NCBI GenBank assembly: GCA_030457805.1
Contig: JAKDUG010000001.1
Coordinates: 30,487 to 94,486, forward strand
DNA: 64,000 bases
From: Psychroflexus sp.
Lineage (GTDB): Bacteria > Bacteroidota > Bacteroidia > Flavobacteriales > Flavobacteriaceae
Direction: 5' to 3'
This document shows, in pieces, positions 57,852-64,000 of this stretch. Below the pieces are notes generated by a model. That model was given only the letters and a program-made list of their open reading frames with translations, had not been told where the DNA came from and searched no databases. A program made the translations under genes and the position numbers. The stretch's first letter is position 1, and each line of letters begins with the position of its first letter.

Positions 57852-60140
57852 ATGAGCAAAGAAAGCAAAAGACGTGAAGCATTAATCTATCACGCGAAAC
57901 CTAAGCCTGGTAAAATTGAAGTTGTCCCAACAAAAAAATATGCCACGCAACGCGATCTCGGCCTCGCCTATTCTCCTGGCGTAGCTGAACCTTGTAAAGA
58001 AATAGAAAAAGACAAAAACAACGCCTATAAATATACGAATAAAAGTAACCTCGTAGCCGTCATTTCAAACGGAACTGCCGTTTTAGGACTAGGTGATATT
58101 GGGCCGGAAGCTTCAAAACCGGTCATGGAAGGCAAAGGTCTTTTATTTAAGATTTTTGCGGACATCGATGTTTTCGACATTGAAGTTGACACAAAAGATC
58201 CTGATAAATTTATTGAAACAGTCAAAAATATAGCACCGACCTTTGGCGGGATCAACCTCGAAGATATCAAGGCCCCAGAAGCTTTTGAAATCGAGAGAAG
58301 ATTAAAAGACGAGCTTGACATTCCTGTCATGCACGATGATCAGCACGGAACAGCAATTATCTCGGCAGCGGCACTTTTAAATGCAGTGGAGTTGGCAGAA
58401 AAGAAAATGGAAAATATCAAAATTGTTGTTAGCGGAGCTGGAGCGGCAGCTGTTTCCTGTACAAAATTATACAAAGCCTTTGGCGCACGCGCTGAAAATA
58501 TTGTGATGCTAGACAGTAAAGGCGTCATTAGAAAAGACAGAGAAAACTTAACGCCAGAAAAAGAATACTTTGCAACAGCGAGAGATATACATTCACTTGA
58601 TGATGCCATGAAAGACGCCGATTTTTTTGTCGGCCTTTCAGTAGCTGATATTGTATCTCCAGAAATGCTATTGAGCATGGCTGACAATCCTATTGTCTTT
58701 GCCATGGCAAATCCAAATCCAGAGATCGATTACGATCTTGCTATCAAAACGAGAAAAGATCTCATCATGGCAACGGGCCGAACAGACTTCCCTAACCAAG
58801 TTAATAATGTTTTAGGCTTTCCTTTCCTATTTAGAGGTGCTTTAGATGTGAGAGCCAGCAAAATTAATGAAGAGATGAAAATGGCTGCAGTACGCGCTTT
58901 AGCCGATTTAGCTAAAGAACCTGTGCCGGAGCAAGTCAATATTGCTTATTCTGAGACACGCCTTAATTTTGGAACAGATTATATCATACCAAAACCATTT
59001 GACCCGCGTTTAATTGCTAAAATTCCACCAGCTGTCGCAAAAGCAGCCATTGAATCTGACGTGGCTAAAATGCCAATCACAGACTGGCAAGCCTATGAGA
59101 CTGAACTTCATGAACGCATGGGTAGCGAGGATAAAATTACACGCTTATTAATGACAAGTGCCAAGAGAAATCCAAAGCGCATTGTCTATGCGGAAGCCGA
59201 TCATCTCGATGTGCTGAAAGCTGCACAAATTGTCCACGATGAAGGCATTGGCAAACCAATTTTGCTCGGTCGAAAAGATGTCATCAACGAGCTCATGAAA
59301 GAGATTGAATTTGAGGCTGATGAAGTCGAGATCATCGATCCTAAAGACGATAGTCAAAAAGAAACGCGAGAAGAATACGCCAAGTTTTTATGGAAAAAGA
59401 AAGCTCGTAAAGGCATCACTCATTACGATGCAGAAAAACTAATGAGAGAACGCAATTACTTTGCAGCCTTGATGGTTGAAAAAGGAGATGCGGACGTTAT
59501 GCTTTCTGGATATTCAAGATCTTATCCTTCTGTTCTTAAACCAATTTTAGAAATTATTGGCAATGAAAAAGGTGTTAAAAAAGTAGCGGCAACAAATGTG
59601 TTGAACACGACAAAAGGACCTATTTTCATCAGTGATACATCTATTAATATTGATCCAACTGCTGACGAGTTAGCCAATATTACTATCATGACGTCAATGG
59701 CTGTTAAGATGTTTGGCATCGAGCCTATTATAGCGATGGCATCTTATTCAAACTTTGGATCTTCAAAAGATCCGAAGGCAACCAAGGTGAAAGAAGCGAT
59801 TTCGATTTTGCACAAAGACTATCCTGAGATCATTGTTGATGGTGAACTACAAGTTGATTTTGCATTAAACCGAAATTTAAGAAATGAAAAATTCCCTTTC
59901 TCAAAACTGAAAAATAAAAAGGTCAACACATTGATTTATCCAGACATTGATGCGGCAAACGGCACTTACAAACTCATCAAGGAACTCAACGATACAGATT
60001 CTATCGGGCCAATCTTAATAGGACTCAGTAAACCAGCACATATATTCCAACTCGGCGCCAGTGTCGATGAGATGGTGAACATGTCTGCTGTAGGTGTTGT
60101 TGATGCCCAACGTAAAGAAAAAAAGAAAGCGAACGAATAA
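57852..60140 (+). CDS. maeB: NADP-dependent malic enzyme fused to a PTA-like domain
   Basis: AYSPGVA, MEGKGLLFK, NLEDIK, HDDQHGT, GAGAA, NQVNNVLGFP, C-terminal PTA domain. Confidence 0.95.
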   Translation: MSKESKRREALIYHAKPKPGKIEVVPTKKYATQRDLGLAYSPGVAEPCKEIEKDKNNAYKYTNKSNLVAVISNGTAVLGLGDIGPEASKPVMEGKGLLFKIFADIDVFDIEVDTKDPDKFIETVKNIAPTFGGINLEDIKAPEAFEIERRLKDELDIPVMHDDQHGTAIISAAALLNAVELAEKKMENIKIVVSGAGAAAVSCTKLYKAFGARAENIVMLDSKGVIRKDRENLTPEKEYFATARDIHSLDDAMKDADFFVGLSVADIVSPEMLLSMADNPIVFAMANPNPEIDYDLAIKTRKDLIMATGRTDFPNQVNNVLGFPFLFRGALDVRASKINEEMKMAAVRALADLAKEPVPEQVNIAYSETRLNFGTDYIIPKPFDPRLIAKIPPAVAKAAIESDVAKMPITDWQAYETELHERMGSEDKITRLLMTSAKRNPKRIVYAEADHLDVLKAAQIVHDEGIGKPILLGRKDVINELMKEIEFEADEVEIIDPKDDSQKETREEYAKFLWKKKARKGITHYDAEKLMRERNYFAALMVEKGDADVMLSGYSRSYPSVLKPILEIIGNEKGVKKVAATNVLNTTKGPIFISDTSINIDPTADELANITIMTSMAVKMFGIEPIIAMASYSNFGSSKDPKATKVKEAISILHKDYPEIIVDGELQVDFALNRNLRNEKFPFSKLKNKKVNTLIYPDIDAANGTYKLIKELNDTDSIGPILIGLSKPAHIFQLGASVDEMVNMSAVGVVDAQRKEKKKANE

Positions 60141-60192
60141 ATTTAAGATAGATTTATTTTATTACATTTGGGCTTCTTAAAATCATCTTAAA

Positions 60193-60771
60193 ATGATTAC
60201 CCAAATTGTAGGAAAACTAGTCGAGAAAAATCCAACGCATATCGTGATCGATTGCCACGGAATTGGCTATGAAGTCAATGTTTCGTTGCATACTTTTTCT
60301 CAAATAAATAACGAAGAACATATCAAAGTATTCACGCATCTTCATATCAAAGAAGATGCGCATACTTTATATGGTTTTATCGACAAAGAAGAACGTGAAG
60401 TTTTTCGTCGACTCATTAGTGTTTCCGGTATTGGCACTAGCACAGCGCGTGTCATGCTCTCTTCTTTATCCCCTTCTCAGGTGATTCAAGCAATCACAAG
60501 TGAAGACACAGACACTATTCAAAGTGTTAAAGGAATTGGGAAAAAGACCGCCCAGCGCGTCATCATTGACCTCAAAGACAAAATTGGGACCACCGATGAT
60601 GTTAAAAAAATCTCAAATTCAAACAATACTCATAAGAAAGAGGCGTTATCTGCTTTAGAAACTCTCGGGTACAACAGAAAGAAATCAGAGAAAATTGTCA
60701 GTAAAATTATAGCTGATGAGCCTTCTGTGAGTATAGAGAATATTATTAAAACCGCCCTGAAAAAACTATAA
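60193..60771 (+). CDS. ruvA: Holliday junction DNA-binding subunit RuvA
   Basis: GIGYEV, LYGF, VSGIG, VKGIGKKTAQR, ALETLGY. Confidence 0.96.
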   Translation: MITQIVGKLVEKNPTHIVIDCHGIGYEVNVSLHTFSQINNEEHIKVFTHLHIKEDAHTLYGFIDKEEREVFRRLISVSGIGTSTARVMLSSLSPSQVIQAITSEDTDTIQSVKGIGKKTAQRVIIDLKDKIGTTDDVKKISNSNNTHKKEALSALETLGYNRKKSEKIVSKIIADEPSVSIENIIKTALKKL

Positions 60772-60776
60772 TTCAT

Positions 60777-63700
60777 TTGGAGTCATTGCTAGGTCATAAA
60801 ATTTCGGCTTTTTTTATCGTTTTTACCTGTGTATTTTTCAGTACGACACGCATATCCGCACAAACGCAGGATAGCACAGAAACAGGTTACAGTTTTGGAG
60901 AAATCTTTATGGGCGACCCATCAAGTATTGCCAAAAAATATGAATATGACCCTATTTTAGACAAGTATATTTATACTGAAAAAATAGGAAAAGTCAATAT
61001 CAAATATCCTCTTGTTTTAACGCGAGAAGAATACCATGACTTGATCATGGAAGAGCAACTCAAATCTTATTTCAAACAGAAATCAGATGCTGCAAGTGGT
61101 CGAAATGAAGATGACCAAAAGAACTTGATTCCAATTTTTTATGTGAATAACTCATTTTTTAAGAGTGTTTTTGGCGGGAACAGAATTGAAGTAATTCCAC
61201 GTGGTTCGGTTGCAATTGATTTAGGTCTTTTATACTCTAAACAAGACAATCCATCAATTTCACCGCGCAACCAAAGTAATGTCACTTTTGATTTTGATCA
61301 GCGCATCAGTGTTGGTCTCCAAGCATTTGTAGGGGAACGCCTGACTGTGAATGCTGAATACGATACTGAATCAACTTTTGATTTCCAAAACCAGATCAAA
61401 TTAGAATACACGCCGACGGAAGATGATATTGTGCGTAAAATTGAAGTTGGTAATGTGAGCATGCCTCTAAACAGTTCATTGATTGAAGGTGCACAAAGCC
61501 TTTTTGGTGTTAAAACTGAATTACAATTCGGAAAAACGACAATCACAGGTGTATTCTCTGAGCTCAACTCTGAACGCCAAAGCGTGCAGGTTGAAGGCGG
61601 AGCAACGGTCAAAGATTTTGATAAATTTATCCTCGATTATGATGAAAACAGGCACTTTTTTTTAGCGCAGTATTTCCGTGATCAGTATGATGATGCTTTA
61701 AAAGATTACCCATTTATCAACAGTAAGTTCCAGATTACAAGAGTTCAGGTTTGGGTCACTAATAAATCAAACAACTCGAGAGATTATTCAGATGCACGAA
61801 GTATTGTTGCCCTGCAAGATGTCGGGGAATCAGATCCTGAAAAAATAGGTTTATACATTGATAATCAAGGCAACCAAACGGCACCACCGGTTCCGAATTT
61901 CATCAATAATCCGAATGCAAGACCACATAACACCAATAACGATTTCAACCCTTACGGTATCGGATCTGGCAACTCTATTTTAACCAATGCGATTCGTGAT
62001 ATTTCAACAGTCAATCAGGGCTTCGGCGCTGCAAATTCAGCAGTTTCAGAAGGCCGAGATTACGCTGTTTTAGAAAATGCAAGAGAATTAAGAAGTAACG
62101 ACTACACACTTTACCCTGAGTTAGGATACATTTCATTAAACCAACGCTTATCAAATGACGAAATCCTAGGTATTGCCTTTGAGTACAAAACAACGGATGG
62201 GAAAGTTTACCAAGTTGGAGAGTTTGCAAATGGCGGTCCAGATGCAACAGGAACACAAGAAAATCCAAATGTTCCTGGTGAAGAAATCGCTCAAAATCAA
62301 AACCTGATTGTCAAACTTTTAAAGAGTCCGATCACCAATGTCAACGAACCTGCATGGGACTTGATGATGAAAAACTTTTACTACTTAGGGACAAATCAAT
62401 TGGAGGAAGAAGGCTTTAGATTTAATATTTTATACACAGATCCACAGCCTGTCAACTACATTACAGCGGCGTCAAACTCATCAGTTCCACTACCGCCTGC
62501 TGTGGAAGATGAAAATTTAATGAAAGTTTTTCGTTTTGATCAGCTCAATGCCAACAATGATCCAATTAGAGGTGGTGATGGCTTTTTCGATTATGTGCCA
62601 GGCATTACTATTGACCCAGAGAAAGGTTTGATCAAGTTTACCCAAGTTGAACCATTTGGAGAATACCTTTTTGAGGAATTAGACAACTCACCAAACACAG
62701 GGCCAGAAGACTACAAAGACCCTCAGACCTACAATGATAACCAGAAAAAATACGTTTTTAGAAGTCTTTATAAAACGACAAAAACACAAGCTAAACAAGA
62801 AGGTGCTGATAAGAATAAATTCCAACTAAAAGGACGTTATAAATCATCTGCTGCCAATGGCATCCCGATCGGTTCGTTTAATGTTCCCCGTGGATCAGTG
62901 AAGGTCACAGCTGGTGGTCGTGAGCTACAAGAAGGTGTTGACTATACGGTTGATTACGAATTGAGTCGTGTTAATATTCTTGACGAAGCCTTACTTGCTT
63001 CAAATACACCTATCAATATTTCGACAGAAAATAACGCCACTTTCGGACGTCAAACAAAACGATTTACAGGAATTGATGTACAACACAGATTTAGTGAAGA
63101 ACTACAATTCGGTGCTACTTTTCTCAATTTGAGTGAAAAGCCAATCACACAGAAATCTGATTATAACTCAGAGTCAATCAACAACTCTATCTATGGATTT
63201 AATGTCAAATACGATACTGAAGTCCCTTTCTTTACAAGGTTAGTCAATAAATTACCCAACATTGATACGGATGTTGAGTCGCGATTTTCTTTCAGAGGTG
63301 AATTTGCCTATCTAAAACCAGGGGCGCCAAAAGCCAGTGAATTTGGTGGTGAGGCCACATCTTATATCGATGACTTCGAAGGTTCACAAACAACAATCTC
63401 GGTCCTTAATCCTGATTCGTGGACTTTATCAAGTATTCCAGTCGGCTTTAGAGGTCCAAATGACATCAACGGCACTTATGACAACAACGATGACATCAGT
63501 ATTAACAATTACAGAGCTAAACTGAACTGGTACACTATTGACCCTATTTTTTATAGCTCTCAGCGACCAAGTGATGTCTCAGATCAAGATTTATCAAAAT
63601 ATTATTCAAGACAACTTTTAATCAACGAACTATTCCCAAATACGGATCTCGTTCCTGGACAAATTCAAACAATTTACTCTTTAGATTTATCTTATAAACC

Positions 63701-64000
63701 TGGTGAGCGTGGTATGTACAACTACAATCCAGCGGCGGCCAACACAAATGAGCTACCAGATCCTGAGCAAAACTTTGGAGGAATCATGCGCGGTCTACAA
63801 ACAACAGACTTCGAGCGTGCAAATGTTGAGTTTGTTGAGTTTTGGGTCATGGATCCTTTTATTTACGAAGACAACATCACAAATAACGGTGGTAAAATTG
63901 TATTAAACTTCGGTAGTATATCAGAAGATATCCTCAAGGATGGCCGCAAACAATATGAAAACGGATTGCCTGAAGATGGCGGTTTATCGAACACGATAAT
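60777..64000 (+). CDS. sprA: T9SS outer-membrane translocon SprA/Sov, 3'-truncated by the window edge
   Basis: Not in the ORF track because it runs off the edge. TTG start, signal peptide, YEYDP, FDFDQRI, FDFQNQIKLEY, YIDDFEGSQ, NFGGIMR, FWVMDPF, KQYENGLP. Confidence 0.93.
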   Translation, partial: MESLLGHKISAFFIVFTCVFFSTTRISAQTQDSTETGYSFGEIFMGDPSSIAKKYEYDPILDKYIYTEKIGKVNIKYPLVLTREEYHDLIMEEQLKSYFKQKSDAASGRNEDDQKNLIPIFYVNNSFFKSVFGGNRIEVIPRGSVAIDLGLLYSKQDNPSISPRNQSNVTFDFDQRISVGLQAFVGERLTVNAEYDTESTFDFQNQIKLEYTPTEDDIVRKIEVGNVSMPLNSSLIEGAQSLFGVKTELQFGKTTITGVFSELNSERQSVQVEGGATVKDFDKFILDYDENRHFFLAQYFRDQYDDALKDYPFINSKFQITRVQVWVTNKSNNSRDYSDARSIVALQDVGESDPEKIGLYIDNQGNQTAPPVPNFINNPNARPHNTNNDFNPYGIGSGNSILTNAIRDISTVNQGFGAANSAVSEGRDYAVLENARELRSNDYTLYPELGYISLNQRLSNDEILGIAFEYKTTDGKVYQVGEFANGGPDATGTQENPNVPGEEIAQNQNLIVKLLKSPITNVNEPAWDLMMKNFYYLGTNQLEEEGFRFNILYTDPQPVNYITAASNSSVPLPPAVEDENLMKVFRFDQLNANNDPIRGGDGFFDYVPGITIDPEKGLIKFTQVEPFGEYLFEELDNSPNTGPEDYKDPQTYNDNQKKYVFRSLYKTTKTQAKQEGADKNKFQLKGRYKSSAANGIPIGSFNVPRGSVKVTAGGRELQEGVDYTVDYELSRVNILDEALLASNTPINISTENNATFGRQTKRFTGIDVQHRFSEELQFGATFLNLSEKPITQKSDYNSESINNSIYGFNVKYDTEVPFFTRLVNKLPNIDTDVESRFSFRGEFAYLKPGAPKASEFGGEATSYIDDFEGSQTTISVLNPDSWTLSSIPVGFRGPNDINGTYDNNDDISINNYRAKLNWYTIDPIFYSSQRPSDVSDQDLSKYYSRQLLINELFPNTDLVPGQIQTIYSLDLSYKPGERGMYNYNPAAANTNELPDPEQNFGGIMRGLQTTDFERANVEFVEFWVMDPFIYEDNITNNGGKIVLNFGSISEDILKDGRKQYENGLPEDGGLSNTI

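Noticed and set aside
61298-63906. Short ORFs listed in the track beyond 60771
   Set aside because: All are alternative-frame shadows of the single long sprA frame starting at 60777.
1-64000. CRISPR arrays, tRNA/rRNA genes, transposases, integrases, prophage genes
   Set aside because: I saw no regularly spaced repeats, cloverleafs or mobile-element motifs by eye. tRNAscan, Infernal or CRISPR finders would be the decisive checks.

Overview
64-kb chromosomal segment of a Flavobacteriaceae (Bacteroidota) bacterium. The taxon is inferred from TAnnTTTG promoter boxes, absence of Shine-Dalgarno motifs, T9SS genes and the ACIII operon. It is mostly core genome: rimM (partial), tRNA-modification genes (yfiC-like, trmB, queG), an Fe-S/ferredoxin block, tyrS, pyrC, hemD, pckA, greA, the alternative complex III (actABCDEF) plus aa3 oxidase subunit II/I operon, ruvB, maeB, ruvA and the 5' part of sprA. 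I saw no rRNA, tRNA, CRISPR array, transposase or prophage gene. Family names come from my own motif recognition, not database searches. The features most worth following up are: (1) an eight-gene minus-strand cluster (36360-43644) that resembles the arsenosugar-type gene neighbourhood but carries a non-ArsS radical SAM enzyme and a YnjBCD-type ABC importer; (2) an unannotated 43-codon ORF between actF and coxB that duplicates the CoxB N-terminal membrane helix and looks selectively maintained; (3) a self-contained promoter/10-codon ORF/terminator unit between the LuxE-like gene and tyrS; (4) a GLPGLI plus frameshifted outer-membrane-protein module bracketed by identical 33-bp direct repeats; (5) a PhoBR-like two-component system next to a TonB-dependent receptor/lipoprotein pair, with similarly placed 11-bp-spaced repeats in both promoters; (6) a DUF3050-like protein lacking its expected metal ligands; (7) promoter-proximal terminator hairpins, notably before greA.
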